From: a virus | Lineage: Duplodnaviria; Caudoviricetes | Reading direction: 5' to 3' (one strand) | DNA length: 56,374 nucleotides | Virus record (IMG/VR): IMGVR_UViG_3300027051_000027 | Coordinates: 1 to 56,374 of that record | Shown here: positions 38,902 to 47,602 of the stretch, in pieces | Layout of the letters: each line of letters begins with the position of its first letter | Position numbering within the stretch: position 1 is the stretch's first letter | Notes under the pieces: generated by a model | The model's input: only the letters and a program-made list of their open reading frames with translations | Database searches by the model: none | Told to the model about the DNA's origin: nothing | Made by a program: the position numbers and the translations under genes

Positions 38902-39212
38902 GATTCCAGCTCCCCCTTCTTGACGGCCTCGACCGCGTTCAAGAAGAGATCGGCCGCGAGTTGCGCCTCGGCTTTCTTGACCTTGGCTTGGCAGAGCACG
39001 TACTGTTCGTCTGACTTGAGCGGTCGCTCGCGCCGGAGCCCCGTGACGTCAAGGATGGTCGACTCGGCTCCTGCCGCCCGCCTCTCAAGCGCGTCGGCCT
39101 CGCCGGCCAGGGCGTAGAGGGCCCGGACCAGTTTGCGATCGCGGGTGGGGTCGAGCCCCAGTCCATCAATGGCCACTCCGCGCTTCTCCGACACGCCCGT
39201 GCAGATCAACAT
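38898..39212 (-). CDS. Hypothetical protein between sbcD and sbcC
   Basis: 104 aa, overlapping both neighbours. Confidence 0.55.
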   Translation of the reverse strand: MLICTGVSEKRGVAIDGLGLDPTRDRKLVRALYALAGEADALERRAAGAESTILDVTGLRRERPLKSDEQYVLCQAKVKKAEAQLAADLFLNAVEAVKKGELES

Positions 39213-40477
39213 CTCGTCACCTCGATCGCGTCGGCCACGTGGTGGCGTAGGCGCTCAAGGTCCGGCCCTTCGATGCACTGCATGGCCGCGTACTGGAGCC
39301 AAGCGTCCATGGCGCCGGATTGCTCGGTGAGGGCGTTTGTGACCCTGATGCTGGCGTCGCGGACGATGGTGGCCTGGGGGCCGTAGATCTTGCCGGCCCC
39401 CGCCTGGCGTAGGACCTCACGGATCCGGTTGTGGTCGACTGTCGCGTGGATCTCGGGGGTGGCCGTGTACCTCACCCGAACGACCGCACCATCCAGGTCG
39501 GTGTCGCTGACCAAGTCGGCGAGCTCGACCTCCCAGTCCCGGGGCCGCTCGAGCTCCACATCAAGGAACGCCCGAGGACCGGACGATCGCCACTCGAAGG
39601 TATCTGCCTCCCAACTCTCGCCCAGGGTGACCAGCCAGAAGCCCTTGTCTTCTTTGGCCTCTCCGTAGTCGTGTCGCTCGATCGATCCGCAGTAGCGGAT
39701 GCGCCCCTCCAGCGCTTGGACCCGATGAAGGTGGCCCCAGGCCTGATAGCGGAAGGGCATCCCCCGGAGTTCGGCCACGGGGACGACGGCGTCTCGAAAG
39801 ATGTCTGACTCCTGATGCTCGCCCACCGCGGCGCTGGAGATGGTGCCGTGAGCCACAAGAAGAGCGCCGAAGGGCGCCTCGAGGTGTGACGCCTGGGCGG
39901 CTAGAGCCCGAAGGGTCTCCACCAGCCTGTCGGCGAGATACCGGTTGCGCTCGTCCATGCCAAGCGCCCGATAGGTTTCGTCAACCGCGCTGATATGCGC
40001 CGGGTTGATCCAGGGAAGATACGCGATCGCCACCGGCAGTCCGACTCGGTCCGGCCCCTCGATGAGCACGGGAGGCCGGCCGTCGACCAGGCGACCATCG
40101 GCAAACCATGTGTTCCCTCCTTCGAAGGAGTTGAACATCTCAAGGGCTTGCCTACGCCTGACCTGACGGGGGTTGTCATGATTGCCGACCACGCCCCGGA
40201 CGCGAATGCCCGCTTGGGTAAGCATCCGAAGGCCGCTGGCGAACGCGGCCTCTTCGGTGGGACCACGCTTCTCCGATTCGAAGGCATCTCCAGTGAAGAG
40301 CACCAGGTCGACCTTCTCCTCGATCATCTGCGCACATGAGCGACGCCAAGCCGCTTCGAAGTCGTCTAGGCGCGAGTTGACCCCTCCGGCGTCCTCGGTT
40401 CCGTGGATGTAGCCGGCGCCAAGATGGCAATCCCCCACCTGGGCTATGCGCAGGCTACTCCCGGCCTCGGGGCTCAA
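39206..40477 (-). CDS. sbcD: SbcD/Mre11 metallophosphoesterase nuclease
   Basis: DCHLG, TGDAF, GNHD, AHG, GHLH; likely TTG start at 40477. Confidence 0.9.
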   Translation of the reverse strand: MSPEAGSSLRIAQVGDCHLGAGYIHGTEDAGGVNSRLDDFEAAWRRSCAQMIEEKVDLVLFTGDAFESEKRGPTEEAAFASGLRMLTQAGIRVRGVVGNHDNPRQVRRRQALEMFNSFEGGNTWFADGRLVDGRPPVLIEGPDRVGLPVAIAYLPWINPAHISAVDETYRALGMDERNRYLADRLVETLRALAAQASHLEAPFGALLVAHGTISSAAVGEHQESDIFRDAVVPVAELRGMPFRYQAWGHLHRVQALEGRIRYCGSIERHDYGEAKEDKGFWLVTLGESWEADTFEWRSSGPRAFLDVELERPRDWEVELADLVSDTDLDGAVVRVRYTATPEIHATVDHNRIREVLRQAGAGKIYGPQATIVRDASIRVTNALTEQSGAMDAWLQYAAMQCIEGPDLERLRHHVADAIEVTRC

Positions 40478-41682
40478 AACGTCACATCCCTGAAGTCGTC
40501 CGGTTCGCCCTCCCAGTAGTGGAGCCATTCTTCGGTGAGCACCCCCAGCGGGGGCGGCGCTTTCAGGAAGTGCTGGCGGGCATAAGCCGGATCGTCTTTG
40601 CACACATCCGAGAGCTGGCGACCGACGTACTTGCCCCGGGGAATCTCGCGGTCGTCTGTTGGTCTCTGGCCATGCCCTTCTTCTGCCGCCGGCGGAGCTT
40701 CTTCCTCCTGGTCTTCAAGGCAGGTGCCCTCGACCACTCCGGTCTCCGGATCGACCTCAAGACCGGTCCGGGGATCGGTTACTGGGCTGCTCGGGCGCGG
40801 ATCCCGGCCGTCGCCCAGCATCTGCCGGACCTCCTTGAGATCCGGGTCGCTCAAGGGCGCTCCGAAGAGAGCCTTGGCCGCGGCGTCGCCTGCCTCGATC
40901 TGGGCAAGGACGATGCGAATGTCGGACGGGTCGGGGGTGAAGGTGTACCTGACGATGATAAACGGCTTGTCCAGATCCTCGGCTGCAAATTTGGTCGGGA
41001 TCTCGCCGGCGAAACGAATAGCGGCCTCAAGCGCCTTGGTCTCGGTCATCCGCAGGGAGAACTTTTTGCGCTGGAGCCAGTTCTTGGCGATCCAGGCGTC
41101 CTTGTCCTCCTGGGTGAGCTCGACCTGGCCCCGCTCCTGCCCGGATCCCTCCCACCGCTTCTCCGGGCACTCGGCCACGGTCCGCTCATACTCATCGTCG
41201 TGGATCCACATCTGCGAGCCGTAGTGGGTGACCCAGGTCCCGTCGACGTCCCGCTCCTGCACGGCGGCGGTGATGATGATGTCGCGACCCTGCATCTTGA
41301 TATCCGGCTGAAGCACACGCAGACCCATGGCTTTGGCTATCTGAAGCAGCTCAAGCTTGCCCAGAGCCACCACTTTCCAGATCTCTTGCTTGGTCCGCCC
41401 GTCCCACCGCTTCTCCAGCGGATAGGTGGATCCGCGCTTGACGTCGAACTTCACGATCGCGATCGAGGGGGTGAAGTTGGGATTGGCCTGCACCATTACC
41501 CTGGTGGGCGCCAGCACGTTGTAGTTGTCGAGGATCTCGGGACTCGACAGGTCGATCACAGCCAGGCCCCCGCGATTGACCAGCACCCCGATATCCGATG
41601 CCGTCTGCATGAGAGCCCGCTGCTCGGGTCTCACCAGCTCAAGGGCGGTGCCCGGCTCCTTCTTCACTGCTTGCGCTGCCAC
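40474..41682 (-). CDS. Putative ssDNA-annealing / recombination protein
   Basis: Upstream of sbcDC; RMTETKALEAAIR, VDPETG linker, C-terminal GKYVG..L....DPAY module. Confidence 0.5.
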   Translation of the reverse strand: MAAQAVKKEPGTALELVRPEQRALMQTASDIGVLVNRGGLAVIDLSSPEILDNYNVLAPTRVMVQANPNFTPSIAIVKFDVKRGSTYPLEKRWDGRTKQEIWKVVALGKLELLQIAKAMGLRVLQPDIKMQGRDIIITAAVQERDVDGTWVTHYGSQMWIHDDEYERTVAECPEKRWEGSGQERGQVELTQEDKDAWIAKNWLQRKKFSLRMTETKALEAAIRFAGEIPTKFAAEDLDKPFIIVRYTFTPDPSDIRIVLAQIEAGDAAAKALFGAPLSDPDLKEVRQMLGDGRDPRPSSPVTDPRTGLEVDPETGVVEGTCLEDQEEEAPPAAEEGHGQRPTDDREIPRGKYVGRQLSDVCKDDPAYARQHFLKAPPPLGVLTEEWLHYWEGEPDDFRDVTF

Positions 41683-41712
41683 AATGCCTCCTGATACGCT
41701 TCAGTTGTCTGA

Positions 41713-42054
41713 CTACGAAAGGGCCGCTTCCCGGGCGGCCTTTTCCGCTTCTTGGATGCGGGCTCGGTAGCCCTCGATCAGCCGTTCGATGGCCACCAGG
41801 CTGAGCCAAGCCCACTTGAGGATTGAGCACTGCTCTTGGGCGAGCTGGTGCTGAAGAGCGGCGTGTCCGCGGGCGTGCCTGACCTCGGCCCGGCTGAAGA
41901 TCCCGTCGGCCGCAAAGGTCCGAAGATCCTCCAGAAGATGGGCGGCGTTTGCCTCCATGGCCTGGGCGCCCTCGTTAGCATCCAGGGTCTGGCTCTTGTG
42001 CAGGGCCAGGGCCGCCGGAGGCGCTCCCACCGCCTTTCGTGTTCGGTGCTTCAT
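41713..42054 (-). CDS. Hypothetical early protein
   Basis: Helical ORF with DGIFSRAE; start assumed at MKHRTR. Confidence 0.5.
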   Translation of the reverse strand: MKHRTRKAVGAPPAALALHKSQTLDANEGAQAMEANAAHLLEDLRTFAADGIFSRAEVRHARGHAALQHQLAQEQCSILKWAWLSLVAIERLIEGYRARIQEAEKAAREAALS

Positions 42055-42451
42055 GGCTTCTCTCACCCCCTTTCGCGTGGTCTTCCAGCCAGGCAAGAAA
42101 CCGGCCGCAACGAATCTGAGGGTTGGGTTCCGGCATCCAGAGCAGGCTGCCTTCGGGAAGAAACTCCTGGGCCTTGGCTGAGAGCGCCTCGCGACGCGCG
42201 TAAAGAAGCAGCTCGTCTAGGCGTTGCCCCGCCTCTTGGGCCAAGGCCTTGCCCACCTCGCCGGATGCGCGGCTCATGAATGCCTCGCGCAGGTTCTCGT
42301 AGTTCTCTCGGAGTTCGTCTATCTCAAGATCGACCGCGCGGATGACGTCTTCGGACACGCCCAGAGAGGCAAGCAGCCGGCGGGTAACCAGGGCCTCTGA
42401 GTAGATGGCAAAGGACGCGGACAGATGCGCGATATCCTCGTGCCTGCCCAT
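41975..42451 (-). CDS. Hypothetical early protein
   Basis: Helical ORF in the early operon; 3' end overlaps the next gene. Confidence 0.45.
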   Translation of the reverse strand: MGRHEDIAHLSASFAIYSEALVTRRLLASLGVSEDVIRAVDLEIDELRENYENLREAFMSRASGEVGKALAQEAGQRLDELLLYARREALSAKAQEFLPEGSLLWMPEPNPQIRCGRFLAWLEDHAKGGERSHEAPNTKGGGSASGGPGPAQEPDPGC

Positions 42452-42645
42452 CATCCCCACCCCGCCCACAAGCAGAGAAAGACAAACGCGAAGAGCCCGA
42501 GGATGAAGATGAGCGCCGGTATCCCCTCTCTTCGGTTGTGGGCTCGGCGCCGCCGGGCTCTCGCCTCGGCATCCAGCCTGGAGATCCGTATCTCCCTCTC
42601 CAGCTGGTCCTCCGGTGGCCAGATTATGTCCCGCTGGGTGGTCAC
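42451..42645 (-). CDS. Small membrane protein
   Basis: AAGGAGG RBS before GTG; C-terminal TM helix. Confidence 0.55.
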   Translation of the reverse strand: MTTQRDIIWPPEDQLEREIRISRLDAEARARRRRAHNRREGIPALIFILGLFAFVFLCLWAGWG

Positions 42646-42731
42646 TTGACCCTCCTTTGGTAGCGGATGACGGCGCATCCCAGACCCGCGGTCATCAGTA
42701 GAGCGATCACGATGGAGACGTTGGTAGCCAT
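42642..42731 (-). CDS. 29-aa single-TM peptide
   Basis: MATNVSIVIALLMTAGLGCAVIRYQRRVK, coupled to its neighbours. Confidence 0.45.
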   Translation of the reverse strand: MATNVSIVIALLMTAGLGCAVIRYQRRVK

Positions 42732-42912
42732 CAGCGCTCCGTGTCCGCCCTTGCCGCGATAACCCGGCCGCCGACTTTCACCCAGAAGGCCGCAAGTGCC
42801 GCGATTCCCGTGGGGCAGCGCTCGGGCTCCTGCGAGGGAGCCGGCCAAACACCGGGCTTTCCCTCCCGGGTATCCGGAGCCCTCATAGCGGTCTCAGGCT
42901 CAGGAACGGCCT

Positions 42913-43164
42913 TCATGACGCGTGCTCCAGTGGCTCTCTGAGCTCGATCAGATCCTCGACGGTGCAGCCCAGAGTCCGCGCATATGCCAGGGCCGTGAGG
43001 ACGTCCATGGAGGTAACGCCGTTCACGTGCCGGGAGACAGTGGCCTCCGCGACTCCCGTGAGCACGGCGAGGCGCCGCTGGTTCATCACGGGTTCCCCCG
43101 CTTCGCGCCGGGTTCGGTTGTAGTCGTCTATGAGTTCAATCAATCTCGTCATTGGACCGCTCAC
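42913..43164 (-). CDS. Cro-like XRE HTH regulator
   Basis: MNQRRLAVLTGVAEATVSRHVNG...YARTLGCTVEDL; divergent from the repressor; start 43164 or 43152. Confidence 0.85.
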   Translation of the reverse strand: MSGPMTRLIELIDDYNRTRREAGEPVMNQRRLAVLTGVAEATVSRHVNGVTSMDVLTALAYARTLGCTVEDLIELREPLEHAS

Positions 43165-43170
43165 TACTGT

Positions 43171-43242
43171 ACTTGCAGTACTGAAAACCTACCTCCGCAC
43201 TTGCACACTTGTCAAGCGGTATTGCACTGGTGGATTTACAGT
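43171..43242. promoter_or_regulatory. cI/cro divergent promoters and operator-like repeats
   Basis: - strand TTGACA (43210-15)-N18-TAGGTT (43186-91); + strand TACAGT (43237-42); repeats ACTTGCA (43171, 43199), ACTTGTC (43207), ATTGCAC (43221). Confidence 0.6.
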
Positions 43243-43252
43243 GGCTGCAGCC

Positions 43253-43618
43253 ATGGAAGAGAAGCGAAATACGGATCCGCTGCCAGTGGCCCTTCGCGCA
43301 CTCCTGAACCTTCGTGGGATGACGGACACGGAGCTGATGGCGAAGGCAGGCCTGTCCCCCTCCACGGTTACCCACTACCTACGAGGCAGCCGCGGACGAC
43401 GCATGGACCGACAATCCGTAGCCACCGTGAAGAAGATGGCCCAGGCTCTAGACGTGCCCCCGGAGCACTTCCTCGAGTATCGAATCTGGCGAGCTCAAGA
43501 GATCATGAAGGCCTACCCAGACCTGGCCGATCAGGTCTATGACCTCCTAGTTGCCCAGGCCGACACGTATGACGCCTACGACAAACGCGAGAACAAGCCG
43601 CGGAGCAGAGGCAAGTAG
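43253..43618 (+). CDS. CI-like XRE repressor (no peptidase domain)
   Basis: GMTDTELMAKAGLSPSTVTHYLRG...MAQALDVPPEHF; 121 aa. Confidence 0.85.
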   Translation: MEEKRNTDPLPVALRALLNLRGMTDTELMAKAGLSPSTVTHYLRGSRGRRMDRQSVATVKKMAQALDVPPEHFLEYRIWRAQEIMKAYPDLADQVYDLLVAQADTYDAYDKRENKPRSRGK

Positions 43619-43719
43619 GTCCTGAGGGCTTTGCGTGCAGGGTTGCGGGCCAGAAGAGACGCAAACTGCAGGGCACCGATTGCGAGACGGATGAGCAGAC
43701 GACAGGTGGCCAACCGCAT
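43576..43719 (-). CDS. 47-aa cationic amphipathic peptide antisense to the cI 3' end (not in the ORF track)
   Basis: GGGAGGT-agaaa-ATG; MRLATCRLLIRLAIGALQFASLLARNPARKALRTYLPLLRGLFSRLS*; downstream of a sigma28-like promoter. Confidence 0.5.
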   Translation of the reverse strand: MRLATCRLLIRLAIGALQFASLLARNPARKALRTYLPLLRGLFSRLS

Positions 43720-43848
43720 TTTCTACCTCCCACGTAACAATGAGGGCGCACCCGGACACAGACAGGTACGGGAGCGCTGCAGCATTGGCCGTGGGAAAGC
43801 AGCGCCGCAGACGCTCCCCTAATACCCGAGCGCGAGGGAACACCGTTG

Positions 43849-43876
43849 TTATCGGCTGAGGGGGCGATCTATCTGA
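43849..43876 (-). promoter_or_regulatory. Sigma28/WhiG-like promoter
   Basis: TCAG-N16-GCCGATAA on the - strand (perfect -10, imperfect -35). Confidence 0.5.
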
Positions 43877-44026
43877 GAGGGGACTAGCGAGGAACGGAGC
43901 TCGCTGAACCGGCGAACATCGGGTTGAAGCCGGCAGACAAGAGGCTCCAGAACAGACACGTGTTGAGAGAGTCCGGACACTAGTCAGAGCAGAAAGGCCA
44001 AGAGGAGATCCACGGAGGTGATCCGA

Positions 44027-44830
44027 ATGCCAGATCCTGACAACGTCGTTCCATTCGCCCGCGATGCTAGTCCACCGGCCGATGATGAGCCTGAGATCCC
44101 GAACCAACCAGAGTCTAAGACCGCAAGCGCTCATCGGGCTTCTCGGCCCAAGTGGGAGACGGCTTCGCGTGAGCGAGTGAAGCAGGCGCTGAAGAAGTAT
44201 GCCCGGCCGTTATCCGACCTTGCGGAGCGCGATGCGAATGAGGGCGACACCAGGCTGCTGGTAACGGATTTCCTGTGCGAAGGGTTGGGCTACGACAAGT
44301 ACACCGACCTCACCACCGAGTATCGGGTCAGGGGCGAGTTTGCCGACTTTGGTGTCCGCATTGACGACGAAATGGTGGCGTTCATCGAGGTCAAGCGCAT
44401 CAGGACCAAGCTTGGCGCCAAGCAGCTCCGACAAGTTCAATCCTACGCGGCAAATGAGGGCGTGTCCTGGATGATTCTCACCAACGGCGCTGAATGGCAC
44501 CTGTACCACCTGTCAGACACTGTTCCCCTGGTGAACGAGCTCCTATTCACCGTTGATCTTCTCGGTTCTGAGAGCCCGAGCAGCAAGGTGGACGACCTCT
44601 TCTATCTCAGCCGAGAGGCGATGAAGCGCAACCAGATCGAAGAGCTTTGGAAGGCCAAGCGCGCCACTCGCCCCCAGGCGCTAGCCGAGTTGCTTCGATC
44701 ACAATCCGTTGTCGATTCGATCAGGAAGGAACTCTGGCGCAAGACCGGCCATCGAGTGCAGGCCGATGAAATCGTGCGCCTGCTCGAGGAAACGGTGCTC
44801 AGACCGGAGTGCCTTGAGCCATCGAAGTAG
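44027..44830 (+). CDS. Stand-alone HsdR N-terminal-like PD-(D/E)xK nuclease
   Basis: NEGDT, LGYD, ADF...IEVKR, QVQSY, ILTNG..W. Confidence 0.8.
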   Translation: MPDPDNVVPFARDASPPADDEPEIPNQPESKTASAHRASRPKWETASRERVKQALKKYARPLSDLAERDANEGDTRLLVTDFLCEGLGYDKYTDLTTEYRVRGEFADFGVRIDDEMVAFIEVKRIRTKLGAKQLRQVQSYAANEGVSWMILTNGAEWHLYHLSDTVPLVNELLFTVDLLGSESPSSKVDDLFYLSREAMKRNQIEELWKAKRATRPQALAELLRSQSVVDSIRKELWRKTGHRVQADEIVRLLEETVLRPECLEPSK

Positions 44831-44863
44831 GGGCGGACCGAGCCTCAGAGCAAAGGAGGGGAG

Positions 44864-45112
44864 ATGGCCATCAACCGCAAGGAGACTTCAGACGACATAG
44901 CCGCGCTAGCATCGGACATACTGCGCGACAAGAACGCCTCGGCGATCGCCAAGTCCCTGGCGGGGTCCGCATTGGCTCAGGCGAGCGGCGGCCGGCAGAC
45001 CGGAGCCGAGATGGAAGACAAGGCCTCCAAGGTGCTCAGCAGCGATAAGTACAGCGACGAGACTAAGAAGCTGGCCGGGTCGGTGCTTTCCCAGTCGAAC
45101 AGGAGGCGGTGA
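44864..45112 (+). CDS. 82-aa protein with an internal tandem duplication
   Basis: AAAGGAGG RBS; two copies of T...AS..L...S...K.LAGS.L.Q. Confidence 0.75.
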   Translation: MAINRKETSDDIAALASDILRDKNASAIAKSLAGSALAQASGGRQTGAEMEDKASKVLSSDKYSDETKKLAGSVLSQSNRRR

Positions 45113-45128
45113 GATTGCCGCGGGAAAG

Positions 45129-45875
45129 GTGGCCACGGTGAGTCAAGATGACGGTGAACAAGAGAGCAAGGTAGCCAGAGAGACACGTCCCGTTATACCG
45201 GCGGCAGTGGCACGTGATGCCATGCGCCAATACCGGGTGGTTTTCAAGAACCTTGATGCGTTCGCCCCGATCATCGAGAGAGCTCAGCGAGCAATTCGCG
45301 AAGCGACCGGTGGAATACCAGCCAACCTGGCGAGCGACGCCATGCGAAACATGGCCGTCTTCCAGGAGGCAGCCTCTATTCCGAAGTCCAGCGGACTCAT
45401 GCAGGAGGCTGGGCGAATCGCGGCCGACCTAAGTCATTCCATGCTGCCGGACATGGTAGAGAAGATCACACGAGACTTCGGACCGGTTCTTGACCAATTC
45501 GCTTCACATGCATCCGCCATCCCGGCAATCGATGGGCTCGATACCCTCCCCAGCCCCCTCGGCGCTCAAGTTACCGAGGTGCACGACCTGCTTATTCAGC
45601 GCGCCGCGTGGTCTCCTTCCCCGCTCCTGTCCGAATGGCTTGAAGCCAGCCACGATGGAGTTGAGCTCGCGGAGATGCACATTCAGCCAGCGAAGGAGGA
45701 GGTCGAGACTCACTGGATGGGTGCCTACCTCTGGGTGCTCATGTTGACGGCACTCTTCGGATCCGCTGTCCGCACCCAGCAATGGGACCTGGCCGGAGAG
45801 ATACTCGGCTACCTGGCCGACGCGGCGACCGTATACCTAGCCGTTGACCTCGTCATGAAACGGGTGATGAGGTGA
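45129..45875 (+). CDS. Hypothetical protein with a hydrophobic C-terminus
   Basis: 248-aa ORF in the cargo island. Confidence 0.6.
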   Translation: MATVSQDDGEQESKVARETRPVIPAAVARDAMRQYRVVFKNLDAFAPIIERAQRAIREATGGIPANLASDAMRNMAVFQEAASIPKSSGLMQEAGRIAADLSHSMLPDMVEKITRDFGPVLDQFASHASAIPAIDGLDTLPSPLGAQVTEVHDLLIQRAAWSPSPLLSEWLEASHDGVELAEMHIQPAKEEVETHWMGAYLWVLMLTALFGSAVRTQQWDLAGEILGYLADAATVYLAVDLVMKRVMR

Positions 45876-46011
45876 GAAGCCTCGATTGCCACCTCAAGAC
45901 GGCGCCGCCCTATTTCGCGCAGCCCGCGGGAGCCAAGGAAGAGACATGCACTGAACGTCAAGTTGACAGACGCCGGCAAGCCACCGATGAAAAGCCCGTG
46001 AGGACTTGAAA

Positions 46012-46776
46012 ATGGCACGACTGGACCCTGAGCAGGAACGGCTGCTGTCGAGAATGGTCGAGGCGACCAGAAACGTACCATCGTCGGAGAGGCAGCCCAT
46101 CACTGTGTTCCAAGGTGAACGGGGCGGCGTGATGCATCACCCAGGCGTCCCGCCGGGCGAGAAGGACATCAGCTTGGAGGACATCGCCCTTCTGGAACGA
46201 TACGGCCTGATCCTGCAGACAAGCAGCAGCAACAGTGGCCTCATTCGATGCATGGTGATCACGCCAGAGGGAAAGGAGTACTACTCCCGACTTCGGGCGG
46301 AGGACCCGGCGGTCCAGACGGAGGAAGAGATCCTAGGCTACTTGGACTCGGATCGGTTTCGCTCGCAGCATCAGGCCGCCTATGACCATTGGTCTCGTGC
46401 CATGCGCTCTCTTGGCAATGGCGACACAGATGAGCAGTACACAGAAATCGGCCACCACTGCCGCTTGGCAATGCAGGAATTCTCCGATTCCCTCCTGGCT
46501 CTCTATCCCAACAAAGGAGCTCCATCGGACAAGACGAGGACCATCGACCGCCTCCGAGCCGTCTTCGCGCCAAGGCGCGATTCAGTCAGCAAGAGCGTTC
46601 TTGAGGTCCTTGATGCGCTCATAGTCTATTGGGGCGCAGTGTCTGATCTTGCCCAACGGCAAGAGCATGGCGCACACAAGGAGGGGGAGGCCCTGCTCTG
46701 GCACGACGCCCAGAGACTTGTCTTTCTGACCGGGGTGGTGATGTTCGAGATCGCGCAAGAAATGTCGATGGCCTAG
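46012..46776 (+). CDS. wHTH + HEPN/Abi_C-like protein
   Basis: LERYGLI...ITPEG wHTH; all-helical C-terminal domain with CRLAMQEF and QRQEHG...DAQRLV. Confidence 0.5.
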   Translation: MARLDPEQERLLSRMVEATRNVPSSERQPITVFQGERGGVMHHPGVPPGEKDISLEDIALLERYGLILQTSSSNSGLIRCMVITPEGKEYYSRLRAEDPAVQTEEEILGYLDSDRFRSQHQAAYDHWSRAMRSLGNGDTDEQYTEIGHHCRLAMQEFSDSLLALYPNKGAPSDKTRTIDRLRAVFAPRRDSVSKSVLEVLDALIVYWGAVSDLAQRQEHGAHKEGEALLWHDAQRLVFLTGVVMFEIAQEMSMA

Positions 46777-46921
46777 CAGGATGAACGCCTTCTCCAAGAC
46801 CGATCGCTTGAATCTCTCGTGGCGGCGGGGTCCATGTCTGTCATATCCCGAGGGCTCCCGGACACTACTGATAGCAGCGAGGCAAAGAAGCCAAAGCCGC
46901 GATCGGAAGGAGACGAGACGG

Positions 46922-47122
46922 ATGGACGCCTACTACGTCAACAACGAGGCGCAGTCTAACGGCGATCACGAGGTTCACAAAGACGGCTGTAGCTGGATGC
47001 CGAAGGACCGAGAGTATCTCGGACGGTATGGCAGCTGCCAGCCGGCTGTTGCCGAGGCAAGGAAGACCTATCTCCAGTCAAACGGCTGCCTCTGGTGCTG
47101 CCTGGAGTGTCACACGCAGTAG
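46922..47122 (+). CDS. 66-aa Cys/His metal-binding protein
   Basis: AAGGAG RBS; YYVN...GDHEVH..GC...GC..CC..CH. Confidence 0.7.
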   Translation: MDAYYVNNEAQSNGDHEVHKDGCSWMPKDREYLGRYGSCQPAVAEARKTYLQSNGCLWCCLECHTQ

Positions 47123-47242
47123 GCTGAAAGGAGTTCAAGTCTGCGCCTGATTGATCTTGCGCATATCAACCTGATCCTGACGAGCATGAGGCACTCCGAG
47201 GCCGAGTGCGACGAGACAAGGCAGACGAGCAGAGGAGGAGTC

Positions 47243-47497
47243 GTGACCCCTGACCCCGAGACCGTCCTAACGACGGGCGAACGAGGCAGGAGACTGCCCT
47301 CGCTTGGGCCTCCTCTGATCCTGCTCGTGCTGGCGGTGATTGGGAACGTCATCATTGCGCGATCGGGGGTCAGTCAGTCTGTGCCTTCCACCCTCATCAT
47401 AGCTCTCGGCCAGATACTCTCCGCGGCCATGTGGGTCGGGGCCGTGTGGCTTGGGGGGATTCTGGCCTATCGGGGAATCGTGGGCGCGCGAGGGTGA
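47243..47497 (+). CDS. Small two-TM membrane protein
   Basis: GAGGAGGAG RBS before GTG; two hydrophobic helices. Confidence 0.55.
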   Translation: MTPDPETVLTTGERGRRLPSLGPPLILLVLAVIGNVIIARSGVSQSVPSTLIIALGQILSAAMWVGAVWLGGILAYRGIVGARG

Positions 47498-47602
47498 TCT
47501 CGTCCACCTCTTGCCCACTTGAACACCACCCGAGACCCCCGTGTTCGGCCGTCTTCATGAGGCCAAAACTTCGATCGATTCCAGTGACCGGGAGGGTCCA
47601 AG

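Noticed and set aside
2941-42279. Many long + strand ORFs opposite the phage genes (e.g. 8570-9793, 17732-19006, 19370-20893, 27308-28486, 40519-41694)
   Set aside because: Shadow ORFs expected in high-GC DNA; no motifs, and they lie antisense to well-supported genes.
45963-45991. TTGACA promoter upstream of the HEPN-like gene
   Set aside because: No acceptable -10 hexamer at 16-18 bp spacing.
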